Virus record (IMG/VR): IMGVR_UViG_3300043485_000037 | Coordinates: 12,489-76,488 of that record | Length of the DNA: 64,000 bases | From: a virus | Reading direction: 5' to 3' (one strand) | In this document: positions 46,433 through 55,180 of the stretch, piece after piece | How positions within the stretch are numbered: position 1 is the stretch's first letter | How the letters are laid out: every line of letters starts with the position of its first letter | Notes under the pieces: generated by a model | What the model saw: only the letters and a program-made list of their open reading frames with translations | What the model was told of the DNA's origin: nothing | Databases searched by the model: none | Made by a program: the position numbers and the translations under genes

Positions 46433-47000
46433 TCGGATTCCCGCCAGTGCTTCTCTGCTGACAGAAGTTGGGGTGCCCAACTCCAGATAGGCTCCCTTCA
46501 GATACGCGTCGCACAAAAACGTCTTATATTCGCCCGGCACGTAGGCGTCGACGTTGAAGCAATCTTTCATCGGGACCCAGTGCTGCTTCCACTTGTTCTT
46601 GTATTCCCATTCGCCCCAGCGCCCGTAACCGTTGCCCCAGCCTGTGGGGAACTCCCAGCCCTCGCGCTTGCCGCGGGACCACCGAACCAGCACGGCCGTG
46701 CGGTCTTTCTTGACGGAGGCCACCTCGTAGATGCCCTCATGCTTCCGCTCCTTCTCCCGGTGGCCGGGCCGTTCCCACTGGTCGTAGTATTCTTCCCGCC
46801 AGTGGGCATAGACGTAGGTGCCTTTGGTGATGGAGGTGTTCTTGCCGTCCCGATATGCCTCCCAGCTTGGGGGATTGGCGGACGGCAGCCCGGTCTCCTC
46901 GTCGTGGATCAGTTTGATGGAGGGTGCGGCGAGAAAGTCTCGGACCGATCTAGGATGCCCTGGATGAGAAACAAGATCCGAAGCGGCCTCTGGGCCTTCA
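46433..47000 (-). pseudogene. start-less coding remnant reading through into the UDG-like gene
   Basis: GC3-rich open frame SIKLIHDEE...PPSWEAYR...FNVDAYVPG with no ATG/GTG/TTG until 46723. Confidence 0.45.
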
Positions 47001-47282
47001 GCAGCCCAGGCGCTTCCTCGCCCGGTCCCAGGCTTCGTCCGTCGGCGCGTCGATCACCCCCAGCCGGTGCATCACCTGAATCTGGAGGTCTCTCGCGCCG
47101 CGGCACAGGACCGGCTTCTTGCCCGTCCGGCCGCCCACCGCGTTCGTCCCGGTCTGGTGGCATTCCCGGCTGGCCTCCGTCAGGGCCGACGCGCTCAGCG
47201 CGGGCACGAGATGGGCGTATGGGCTTCCCGGTCGGAACGGGCAGGTTGGGCACATTGTCTTGCATACAGGGGCCGTGTTCAT
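46998..47282 (-). CDS. small Cys-rich protein
   Basis: CKTMCPTCPFR...CHQ...CRGA. Confidence 0.6.
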   Translation of the reverse strand: MNTAPVCKTMCPTCPFRPGSPYAHLVPALSASALTEASRECHQTGTNAVGGRTGKKPVLCRGARDLQIQVMHRLGVIDAPTDEAWDRARKRLGC

Positions 47283-47914
47283 TTTCGGACTGCTACGAAT
47301 GCTCGGTTTCGTTTGGAGATGATCTTGAAGCCCTCCTGGGTCAAAAACTTGTAGGCCCAGTCGACTTGATTCTCTCGGTCGGGGTGCGGGTGGAACTCTA
47401 TGAAGATGGAGTTGACCTGCCGGAGGTCCCCCGGCTTCAGGATGTCCAGGATGGGATATTCGCCACCCTCGATGTCCATTTTTAGGACCGTCGGCTTGAT
47501 CCGGGCCAGTTCTCCCCGGAAGTTCACGGCCGGAACGGTGACGGCCTTCTTGCGGTTCGGAGACGGGATGACGGAGTTCGCCCCGGAGAACCCGGACATT
47601 GTGAGCTGGACCTCCAACTCGTGGCCGGCCACGACCGCGTATTCGCAGATGCTGACCCGCGCTCCGTATCGTTCCATGTTCTCCCGGAGCAGCGCGGCGT
47701 TCTTGGGGGCAGCTTCGTAGCAGACGGCCCACTTGGCTCCCTGCTCCAGGGCCGCGGCTGTGAAGGTTCCGATGTAGGCACCGACGTCCATGATCGTGTC
47801 GCCCTTCCGGAGCGGGAGGAGGGCGAACGGGTTTGAGTTCCCGAGGTCTTTCTTCAGCCAAAAGGCCGAGGTCGGGATGTTGAAGCCCTTCGGGATCACT
47901 TCACCGTATTTCAT
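47279..47914 (-). CDS. FkbM-family methyltransferase (early arm)
   Basis: IMDVGAYIG, CYEAAPKN, LKMDIEGGE. Confidence 0.85.
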   Translation of the reverse strand: MKYGEVIPKGFNIPTSAFWLKKDLGNSNPFALLPLRKGDTIMDVGAYIGTFTAAALEQGAKWAVCYEAAPKNAALLRENMERYGARVSICEYAVVAGHELEVQLTMSGFSGANSVIPSPNRKKAVTVPAVNFRGELARIKPTVLKMDIEGGEYPILDILKPGDLRQVNSIFIEFHPHPDRENQVDWAYKFLTQEGFKIISKRNRAFVAVRK

Positions 47915-48242
47915 ATGCGTTCGGGACCGGGTTCTTGAACTTGCCGCAGATCGGCTGGATCATCGCCTGGCAATACAGCGGCTTCTTCTTGCTCGCCCTG
48001 TAGGTCACGGTCTTGTGGCCGTTCTGCAGGGTGACCGTTTCCGTTATCGTCACCATCTTCAGGCCGGGGGATCCGATGGGCCGGTCCGGGAGACCGGGGA
48101 GCCGGCGGGTGCCGAGCATCTTCCAGCCGAAACTGGACTCGCCCGGCACCGTTTGCATCACCAGCTCCTCCACGAAGGCCAGGATGTGTGTGTCGTAGTC
48201 CTCCGGGTTGAAGAACTCGTTCGAGTCGGTGATCGCGTTCAT
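47901..48242 (-). CDS. hypothetical protein
   Basis: MNAITDSNEFFNPEDY... Confidence 0.5.
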   Translation of the reverse strand: MNAITDSNEFFNPEDYDTHILAFVEELVMQTVPGESSFGWKMLGTRRLPGLPDRPIGSPGLKMVTITETVTLQNGHKTVTYRASKKKPLYCQAMIQPICGKFKNPVPNAYEIR

Positions 48243-48243
48243 A

Positions 48244-48381
48244 TCAGTTTCCGGGGATGAAGACTTTGACCGCATATTGGTTTGTCCCGACGACGTAACC
48301 CGTCCAGCCGCCGTTTACTTTTGTGAGCTCGTCGAGCTTGACCGTCCGACCCGACTTCGTTTTCATCGTTCTTTTCATCAT
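48244..48381 (-). CDS. small protein directly after promoter copy A
   Basis: MMKRTMKTKSGRTVKLDEL...FIPGN*; read manually. Confidence 0.5.
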   Translation of the reverse strand: MMKRTMKTKSGRTVKLDELTKVNGGWTGYVVGTNQYAVKVFIPGN

Positions 48382-48440
48382 GCCTTACTTAACGGCATCC
48401 GATGGGAAAAGTAAAGGGAAAATGTAAACAATTTTTACTC
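48382..48440 (-). promoter_or_regulatory. phage promoter motif copy A
   Basis: TTGTTTACATTTT...TTTACT-N13-GCCGTTAA-N7-ATGATG. Confidence 0.7.
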
Positions 48441-48466
48441 TTTTCAAGTCCCTCTGAATGGGGCAT

Positions 48467-48686
48467 TTAGCGTGACCCAGTCTTCCGGTAGAGCGGGGCA
48501 CACCGGGGGCAATAGTGGAACGTCTCGGCCCGGCTCCCGGAGGGCTTAGTTGGGTTGAGCATCTTTCCAGCCGTGGTCGAGACCCTCAATGAGAGGCTGG
48601 AGGGTGTTGGTGATCAAGAGCCGGGCTGGGCACTTCTCGCCTCGGATCTTGCCGTCGCAGTATAGGATTGTCGTTTGGATGAGCAT
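48467..48686 (-). pseudogene. small CDG...GW...HYCPRC protein split by one extra A
   Basis: Frames join if AAA (T 48564-48566) is AA. Confidence 0.45.
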
Positions 48687-48746
48687 CGGCGGCTGCCCTC
48701 CCCCGGCTGATGATGAAAGATGCCGGGAAGGGCAGGGAGCCGAACC

Positions 48747-49862
48747 TCAGTTCAGCCCAAGGTCTTTTGGGGAGAGGAGCATGACTTCGCCGCCCCACTT
48801 CTCGAACTCCACGGCCCGGTCGTAGGAGGTCAGGTCCTGGGCCGTCCGGGTCACGGCGTTCAGGATGCCGTATTGGGTCATGTCGCCGCCTTTGATGAGG
48901 TGGTTCAGCACGGAGTCCTTCTCGCCTTCCGTCCAACCGAAGCGGGTGTTCAGCACCTCGACGGTCTCCAGGGGCTTGTCAAGATCCACGGCCGTGGTCC
49001 GGTTCAGGCCCTTCACGATCGCGTCGAACTTCTCGCGGGTGAACATGGCCTTCATTAGGTCCTGCACCTTGAGCCAGAATGCCTTGTCGTCGGCCTTCCG
49101 GGTCTCGTCGCTGAACAGCTCCGTGGCTTCGCTCTCGTCGAAGAGGTCCCCGAAGCCGCCCGTGCCCTTGCGGCCGATGTGGTTCTGCTTGACGATGTTC
49201 TCTGCCACCATCCCGTTGGTGCAGCGGAGCGTGTAGATGAGGTGCCGGACCTGGAGGGAACCGGCCCCGACTTCCGAGTTGGAGATGATGAGGCCCGCCT
49301 GGACTTGGTCGCCGACCTTCGGGACCTCGGCGAGCATCTTCGGGGAGACGGCCTGGATGTAGAGGCGCTGCTCCGTCACGGCCGCGGACTTGACCTCGAG
49401 GCCCATGTCGTGGAGCCGGGGAAGAATCTTCTCGGCGATGTCCGCATTGTCCAGGGGACGGTAGCGGTCGCTGAGGAAGGCGCGCGCGATGTTGGATCCA
49501 TTTTGGAGGGTGCGCAGCATGTGCTTCTCCGGGTTGGCGTTGAACCAGTGGTTCACGTTGGTCGCGAGGAGGTCCGGAGCCTGCTCGATCATCCGGTCCG
49601 CATACTTCGAGGGAATCTGGACCCGGCCCCCGATCTGCTGGAGGCAGTTGCGGGTGGGTTCGAATTCGACTTCCTTCTTGTCCAGGTTGAACCGGAGGAC
49701 CGGCTGGAGGCGCATCAACTTCTTGCCCTCCACGATCCGCCCGGTGTCCCGCTGGGTGACTCCGACCCGGATGTTCCGGGTGTCCGCCAGATAGTCTTTC
49801 TTGTGGTCGCGGTCGCTGAGGATTTGCCGTGCGACCTCGCTGAGTTCCATTCCTTTGATCAT
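48747..49862 (-). CDS. DUF932-family protein
   Basis: ARAFLSDRYRPLDN, GLIISNSEVG, CTNGM. Confidence 0.85.
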   Translation of the reverse strand: MIKGMELSEVARQILSDRDHKKDYLADTRNIRVGVTQRDTGRIVEGKKLMRLQPVLRFNLDKKEVEFEPTRNCLQQIGGRVQIPSKYADRMIEQAPDLLATNVNHWFNANPEKHMLRTLQNGSNIARAFLSDRYRPLDNADIAEKILPRLHDMGLEVKSAAVTEQRLYIQAVSPKMLAEVPKVGDQVQAGLIISNSEVGAGSLQVRHLIYTLRCTNGMVAENIVKQNHIGRKGTGGFGDLFDESEATELFSDETRKADDKAFWLKVQDLMKAMFTREKFDAIVKGLNRTTAVDLDKPLETVEVLNTRFGWTEGEKDSVLNHLIKGGDMTQYGILNAVTRTAQDLTSYDRAVEFEKWGGEVMLLSPKDLGLN

Positions 49863-49981
49863 ATGTTTCTGTCTCGGTTCGATCCTCCGCTTAATGGCCT
49901 CGCCGTGCGTCGTGCCCGGTTTATCCGGCGGCTGAATCGTTCCGTCTCTGACCTTATTCTCGCAGGGCAGGGACGGGGCGA

Positions 49982-50176
49982 TTACTTGCCCATGGGTCTG
50001 TGGAGAAACTGCATCGCGTCCAGCTCCTTCTGGAAGGCGGCTTTGTGGACCGCGCAGATGCCGTGGCTGATCTTCCGGCCGCTCAATTCCGGGAAGGCCG
50101 CGATGATCTGCGCGCCGGGATAGCACCAACCGCAGCAGCTCACCACGTTGTCTTCCATTAACGGCTTCTCGGTCAT
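49982..50176 (-). CDS. small Cys/His protein
   Basis: MTEKPLMED...CCGWC...SHGICAVH; start follows promoter copy D. Confidence 0.55.
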   Translation of the reverse strand: MTEKPLMEDNVVSCCGWCYPGAQIIAAFPELSGRKISHGICAVHKAAFQKELDAMQFLHRPMGK

Positions 50177-50210
50177 ACCTATCCTAACGGCATTCGATGG
50201 GAAAACTTTA
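50177..50210 (-). promoter_or_regulatory. phage promoter motif copy D
   Basis: TAAAGTTT-N11-GCCGTTAG-N7-ATG; shares TTTTCCCATCG(G/A)ATGCCGTTA with copy A. Confidence 0.6.
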
Positions 50211-50369
50211 GCGCTCATTTGGCCAGCTCGAAAAATGACCAGCCCGACGAGGAACAGCAAGGCCCAGAGGAGGAGGACCGGGAGCGACATGTTGGCCCGG
50301 AACCGGCTGGCCCACCGGACGAAGATCAAGGCCGCCACGAATTCGAAACTCTTTCGGAACAGGTTCATG

Positions 50370-50546
50370 TTAGCCTTCCATCGTGGCCGCCACGTCGGCG
50401 ATGGCCCGGTAAAGGTTCAGGAGTTTGGCGCGCAGGATCGGATCCTTATCGTCGCGGGAGATGTTGCCGGCGATGCGTTCGGCGCCCTCTTGGATTGCCT
50501 CGGTCAATTCCGCATTCGTGTGGCTCTTCATCAGTTCATTCATCAT
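50370..50546 (-). CDS. small helical protein
   Basis: MMNELMKSHTNAEL...; starts 7 nt after promoter copy C. Confidence 0.55.
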   Translation of the reverse strand: MMNELMKSHTNAELTEAIQEGAERIAGNISRDDKDPILRAKLLNLYRAIADVAATMEG

Positions 50547-50606
50547 GGGTGTATTAACGGCTAAAAAGAGCACACAAGTAAAGCGAAAAAGTGAACAATT
50601 TTACTA
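50547..50606 (-). promoter_or_regulatory. phage promoter motif copy C
   Basis: TTGTTCACTTTTT...TTTACT-N15-GCCGTTAA-N7-ATGATG. Confidence 0.65.
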
Positions 50607-50630
50607 CTTGTGGATGGGGCACTTAGGGCG

Positions 50631-50668
50631 AAAAAGAAAAGTCCCTCCGGGCGAGCGACCGCGGAGGG
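50631..50668 (-). terminator. rho-independent terminator
   Basis: CCCTCCG/CGGAGGG stem followed by ACTTTTCTTTTT on the minus strand. Confidence 0.65.
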
Positions 50669-50697
50669 GTGACGAGCTGGGGCCGGGGCGGCCGGAC

Positions 50698-51087
50698 TTA
50701 CAGCTCGTTGATCTTGTCGACGGCTTCGTCGAGGCCGTCCTTGATTTCGGTCAGCTTCTCGCCGAGTTCGTCCAGGGAGAGGTCCCCGATGTTGTCGTCC
50801 TGGAGGTCCGTGGCGGCCGTCTCCAGCTTCTCCACGACTTCGTCGAGGGCTTCCTTGGCCGTGTTGAGTTCGTCGGCCTTGTCCCCTTCCTTCTGCTTCT
50901 CGGACATATTGTCTAACTTCTCCGAGATTTCGTCCCGTATGCCTTCGACGGCGGTCTTGACGTCGTCGATCTGGCCGGCGAGGGTCTTCAGGGTCTCCTT
51001 CGGATCCGCCAGCTTGCCCAGCTGCTCCATGGCCGCGTTGAGTTCTTCGGTTTGCTTTGTGAGTGTTTTCTTTTGCGATGCGTTCAT
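50698..51087 (-). CDS. acidic helical-bundle protein
   Basis: D/E-rich heptads. Confidence 0.7.
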   Translation of the reverse strand: MNASQKKTLTKQTEELNAAMEQLGKLADPKETLKTLAGQIDDVKTAVEGIRDEISEKLDNMSEKQKEGDKADELNTAKEALDEVVEKLETAATDLQDDNIGDLSLDELGEKLTEIKDGLDEAVDKINEL

Positions 51088-51104
51088 AATTGTTCCTATA
51101 TTCG

Positions 51105-51983
51105 TTAATCCATCCGCGCGAGCTTTCGGAGCATCCTGACCTCCTTCGGGCTTGCGCTTCCGGGGTCTTCGGCGTCAAGTTCTACCACGTGGGTCTCGCC
51201 GGGGAAAGGGGCAAGTTCGGCCGCGAGTTCCCCGGCCAGCCGCTGGGCGTTCCGGGATGAGTCGAAGCAGATGTAGCGATAGGGAATCTTTGAGAGGAGC
51301 CGGACCTGGGCGGGCGAGTAGCCGGTCCCCAGGGTTCCTACCGTTCCCGGCCCAACGTTCCAGACATCGGACGGCCCCTCCACGACGATGGCCGAGTGCA
51401 GGACAAAGTCCAATCCATACAGGACCTCCTTGTGGTTCATGGACTCCTCCTCCGGGGAGGCCGAGACGTAGCGCTGGGACTCCGGCACGTCGCCCACGGC
51501 CCTCGTCGTCCAACTGACTCTGTGGTCCCGGTGGACGATCGGGATGTAGAGCCGCCAGGCCAACCGGCCCCCGAGACGGCCGATGCCCTCCAGCTCCCAC
51601 GTCCGGGCCAGTGCCTCTGGATCTTCGTAGCCCCGGCCGCGGAGATATTCGAGGTGGTGCGGCAGGAGGTCTCCCCGTCCGGCGGGCTCCACCAACTTGA
51701 GCCGCTCTTGGGCCAGTTCCCGTGGGAGGAGTTCCCGGCCCTTGAAGAATGAGGAGGCAACCGCATACGGGACCCCGAGTTGGAGCAGGGTTCGGATGAC
51801 TCCGTGTCCCCGGCACTTCCAGCAGTTGAAGTATCCGCGGGAAAGGTTGTAGCCGAGGTGGTAGTTGTCCGAGGTGCAGAACGGGCATCGTCGGATGGCG
51901 ATCCATCCGGGCCGCGCATGATGGTTCTCCCCTGCCTGGGCGAATTCAACGCCCCGGTCCCGGAGGACTTCCTGGATGGTCAT
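51105..51983 (-). CDS. DNA primase (Zn finger plus TOPRIM)
   Basis: CPFC...FNCWKC, IVVEGPSD, ICFDSS. Confidence 0.85.
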   Translation of the reverse strand: MTIQEVLRDRGVEFAQAGENHHARPGWIAIRRCPFCTSDNYHLGYNLSRGYFNCWKCRGHGVIRTLLQLGVPYAVASSFFKGRELLPRELAQERLKLVEPAGRGDLLPHHLEYLRGRGYEDPEALARTWELEGIGRLGGRLAWRLYIPIVHRDHRVSWTTRAVGDVPESQRYVSASPEEESMNHKEVLYGLDFVLHSAIVVEGPSDVWNVGPGTVGTLGTGYSPAQVRLLSKIPYRYICFDSSRNAQRLAGELAAELAPFPGETHVVELDAEDPGSASPKEVRMLRKLARMD

Positions 51984-52363
51984 AGCCGTCCCGGCCAGGA
52001 TCGGTCTTTTTCTTCTTCGCTTTGCCAGAGTTGATAGACCCCGGCTGCGTTCATTCCTTCTTCCCGTGTGATGGTTTGGCATCCTTCTTCCGAATACTTC
52101 AGGAAGTGCCTCACCCGGTCTTGCTTTTCGAGCACTCTCATTGGATCCGAATTGAACGAAGACAGGTTCCCTTCGGCCACGTTAAGATCCAGGACGGCTC
52201 GGAGGTCCACCAGCTCTCCCTCAAGCAACTGACGGTTCGTCCCGTCCTCCGGCTTCCACCGTTCATCCAGCCCGAAGCGGACGGCCTTGCAGGTCCGGTG
52301 GATTATCTCCGCGCATTCCTCAATGATCAACAGTAAGAAGTAAACCTTGCGTGATACTTTCAT
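51980..52363 (-). CDS. MazG-like nucleotide pyrophosphohydrolase
   Basis: IEECAEII...KAVRFG...LEGELVDL. Confidence 0.7.
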   Translation of the reverse strand: MKVSRKVYFLLLIIEECAEIIHRTCKAVRFGLDERWKPEDGTNRQLLEGELVDLRAVLDLNVAEGNLSSFNSDPMRVLEKQDRVRHFLKYSEEGCQTITREEGMNAAGVYQLWQSEEEKDRSWPGRL

Positions 52364-52497
52364 TTTTTGTCGTGGTTTTCTCCGGGACGGAATTTGATTA
52401 TGGTGGTGGGGTGGGTGGGCTGGCCGTCTCCGATGTCCGGGTCCTCCGGGATGGTGGAGCACCCGGTCAGCAAGAGGAGCAGCAGCAGGAATCTCAT
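52360..52497 (-). CDS. small lipoprotein
   Basis: MRFLLLLLLLTG-C lipobox; read manually. Confidence 0.6.
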   Translation of the reverse strand: MRFLLLLLLLTGCSTIPEDPDIGDGQPTHPTTIIKFRPGENHDKK

Positions 52498-52763
52498 GCC
52501 TTATTCTCGTCGCACTTGTCGGCCTCCTCCGGCTTCATCTTGTCAATGCTGATCCAGTCCTCGCCGGTGTTCACGGCCGTGGAGAACCGACGCATGAGAA
52601 TGATCTGGGCGTCCCGCATGGTCACTCCGTGGTTGGCGCAGGCAGTCTTGAAGGTCCGGTGGGTGGATTCCGGGATGTCCTTGAGGTGCATGGCTTTGTG
52701 ATGCATCTTCTCCTCTTCGTTCTTCCGGACCGGGGCCACGAAGCTGTTCTTTGGTCTGCTCAT
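52494..52763 (-). CDS. ribbon-helix-helix DNA-binding protein
   Basis: MHLKDIPESTHRTFKTACANHGVTMRD. Confidence 0.65.
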   Translation of the reverse strand: MSRPKNSFVAPVRKNEEEKMHHKAMHLKDIPESTHRTFKTACANHGVTMRDAQIILMRRFSTAVNTGEDWISIDKMKPEEADKCDENKA

Positions 52764-54148
52764 ATTCCTTCTTTCTTGGCAATCTTGTCGATCAGCTTGC
52801 CGAATAAATCGTACTGGACATCCTGGATGCTTTTCTTGCCGTCGAGGACGGCCTTCAGGTCCAGGGTTCTCTCCCGGAGGATCATCATCCATTCGTATTC
52901 CACCGTGTTCATGGCGTAGAGATACCAGATCATCACGGACTTCGTCTGCCCGATCCGGTGCACCCGGTCCTGGCCCTGGAGGAGGTCCCCCGGAGTCCAC
53001 GGGGGATCCAAGGAAACCATGTTGGAGGCCCGCTGGAGGTTGAGGCCCACGCCCGCGGCCCTCCAGTTGCCCCACAAGTTGAGTATCTTTGCGATGTTGG
53101 TGAAGGACCGGACGGCCTCGGTGCGCAACTTCCCGGTCACGCGGCCGTCCACCACGACGGAGGTCCGGGGGAAAGCCTCCCGGAGCTTGTCGATCACGAA
53201 CGTGTGGCCGGTCATCCCCACCAACTTCTCGCCGGGTTGGGCCACGTGGAATTCCTTGACGAAGTTGATGGTCTGGGGCATCCGAAGGTGGGCGCAGAGC
53301 CGCAGCAGGTAGCCGATCTTGACCATGGATTCCGCCCGCTTGGCCCGAGCCGCCCTGGCCGGGGACTTCTCCCGGAGCCACATCAGGAATGAGTTCTTGG
53401 CCTTGTCGTATTCCTTGAAGGCCGCCGGCCCGAGGTGGACCGGGATCATCTTGTGGATCTTCTTCGGGAGTTCCGGGGCCACGTCCTCTTTCAGCCGGCG
53501 GATCATCACGTGCTTGACCAGGATGCTGTGGAGCTCGTCCTTGTTCTCGGCTCCGTCGTAGCGCCAGCCCCAGAAGGTGTGCCGTGGCTTGCAGTAGCGC
53601 CACGCAAACTGGTGGAAGTCCGGGAACAAGTCCGGACGGATGATGTTGAGGACGGCCCAGAGCTGGACCGGCTTGTTGGTCATCGGGGTCCCGGAGAGTC
53701 CCAGGACCGACTGGGCATGCTTGGCCAGGTGCTTCGACGCCTTCGTCCTCCGGGCTTGCGGGTTGGAGATGTATTGGCACTCGTCGAAGACAACCACCTT
53801 GGGTGGGCACTTCATCAAGGCCCGGAGCCAGAACCACAGGATGTCGTAGTTGATGATGAGAATCTTGTCCTGGTGGGTCCAGACTGAGTTCTGCTTGGGA
53901 CCCCGGCCTTCGAGGACCCGTGACTGGAGCCCAAACTTCTGCCGAGCCTCCATCTGCCAGTGATACTTGACGGAGGACGGGGTGACGATCACCACGGGAC
54001 GGTGGGCGTTGATGCGTGAGATCCACATCAGGGCTGATATTGTTTTCCCGGTTCCTTGGTCATCCGCCAGCAGAACCCTCCCGGCCATTCCGTAGATGCG
54101 TCGGACGCCATCTTCCTGGAACTTCCGGGGAGTGAAGTTAATAGCCAT
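52760..54148 (-). CDS. SNF2-family helicase
   Basis: LADDQGTGKT, FDECQ, LSGTP, GVGLNLQ, QDRVHRIGQ. Confidence 0.92.
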   Translation of the reverse strand: MAINFTPRKFQEDGVRRIYGMAGRVLLADDQGTGKTISALMWISRINAHRPVVIVTPSSVKYHWQMEARQKFGLQSRVLEGRGPKQNSVWTHQDKILIINYDILWFWLRALMKCPPKVVVFDECQYISNPQARRTKASKHLAKHAQSVLGLSGTPMTNKPVQLWAVLNIIRPDLFPDFHQFAWRYCKPRHTFWGWRYDGAENKDELHSILVKHVMIRRLKEDVAPELPKKIHKMIPVHLGPAAFKEYDKAKNSFLMWLREKSPARAARAKRAESMVKIGYLLRLCAHLRMPQTINFVKEFHVAQPGEKLVGMTGHTFVIDKLREAFPRTSVVVDGRVTGKLRTEAVRSFTNIAKILNLWGNWRAAGVGLNLQRASNMVSLDPPWTPGDLLQGQDRVHRIGQTKSVMIWYLYAMNTVEYEWMMILRERTLDLKAVLDGKKSIQDVQYDLFGKLIDKIAKKEGI

Positions 54149-54521
54149 GCAGCTCTTTCCTCCTCCGGAGCATTTCCTTCACGTGCAGTTTTATGTGCGC
54201 ACTTTGACCTGGGAGCACCTTGAGATTCTTCTTCGAGAAGTTCATCTTGTTGTCGTCTTTGTGGTGGACGATCTCGCCCTTTCTGAGCGGCCGTCCTAAC
54301 ATATCTTCGGCGATGGTCCGGTGGACGTGTCGGCCGTTCACCTTGGGATATGAATGACCCGGCTTGGCATTCGCCTTCATCTGATCGCCCCGGACCTTCC
54401 CGCCCTTCCGTCCCAGTCGGGTCTGTCGGCATTTGAAGCTGCAACAGACGACCACCTTCGCCCGGCTTGGGGTAACCGAGAACGGAGCCGAACAGACTGC
54501 GCAGATCAACTGAACAGGCAT
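54138..54521 (-). CDS. HNH endonuclease with N-terminal Zn finger
   Basis: CAVC...CSFKC; HVHRTIAE...IVHHKDDNKMN...NL. Confidence 0.85.
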   Translation of the reverse strand: MPVQLICAVCSAPFSVTPSRAKVVVCCSFKCRQTRLGRKGGKVRGDQMKANAKPGHSYPKVNGRHVHRTIAEDMLGRPLRKGEIVHHKDDNKMNFSKKNLKVLPGQSAHIKLHVKEMLRRRKELHGY

Positions 54522-55051
54522 GACTTGATTTCGTGGATCATGATTTGCTGGTGCGTGTGGTCGTAGCCTTGAAAGGCCATCTCCTCGCACGCGAACTGGA
54601 GGACCTCCCGCGGTTTGGTCTCCCCGTCCGGGAGAGGGTGGTCGATGATGAGCGAAAGCATCCGGCGGGCTTCGGGGGAGAGGTCCTCGCATTGTTCGAC
54701 GAGGGAGTTCCGGAAGGCCGCCGATGATTGCTCCTCCGTCTCGGCCGGGGGCAGCATCTCGTCCTTGATTTCCTCCACGAAGACCAGACGGCCCTTGAAC
54801 TTCTCCCGGATGTAGTGGAGCAAACAGTTGTTCACCTTCAGGTAACACCAGGAGGAGAACTTGCCCCCGGATGGATGGGAGCCGGTCCACTTCTCGCACG
54901 CCTGCATGAATCCAAGGCAGGCCTGGGAGTAGAACTCGTCGTACGCTTGCTGGTAGTCCATCCCTCCATACTTGCGGGCGAACGCATGCGCCCGGCTCCT
55001 CAGTATGTCAATGACTCGATTCAGTGCCCTCTCTCGTTCTCTTTTGCTCAT
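54506..55051 (-). CDS. sigma-70 region 2-like phage transcription factor
   Basis: EFYSQACLGFMQACEKW...GKFSSWCY.KV.N.L..YIR resembles region 2.2-2.4. Confidence 0.65.
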   Translation of the reverse strand: MSKRERERALNRVIDILRSRAHAFARKYGGMDYQQAYDEFYSQACLGFMQACEKWTGSHPSGGKFSSWCYLKVNNCLLHYIREKFKGRLVFVEEIKDEMLPPAETEEQSSAAFRNSLVEQCEDLSPEARRMLSLIIDHPLPDGETKPREVLQFACEEMAFQGYDHTHQQIMIHEIKSCLFS

Positions 55052-55104
55052 GTTGGTTAGATGATAATTTATGTAAGCAAGCTTATCTGTCCGTATTGAC
55101 ACGT

Positions 55105-55140
55105 AAAGAAAAAACCTCCGTCATTCTGCGACGGAGGTTT
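55105..55140 (-). terminator. rho-independent terminator
   Basis: AAACCTCCGTC/GACGGAGGTTT 11-bp stem plus TTTTTTCTTT. Confidence 0.8.
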
Positions 55141-55180
55141 GCGAGGTTCTGGCCGGGTATATATACCGGCCAGAATGAGG

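Noticed and set aside
49870-49890. GGTTCGATCC resembling a tRNA T-loop
   Set aside because: No acceptor, D or anticodon arms can be built around it; it lies in the leader of the DUF932 gene
50158-50165. Extra GCCGTTAA 26 bp from promoter copy D
   Set aside because: Inside codons K-P-L-M, with no upstream element and no ATG 7-8 nt downstream; not counted as a promoter
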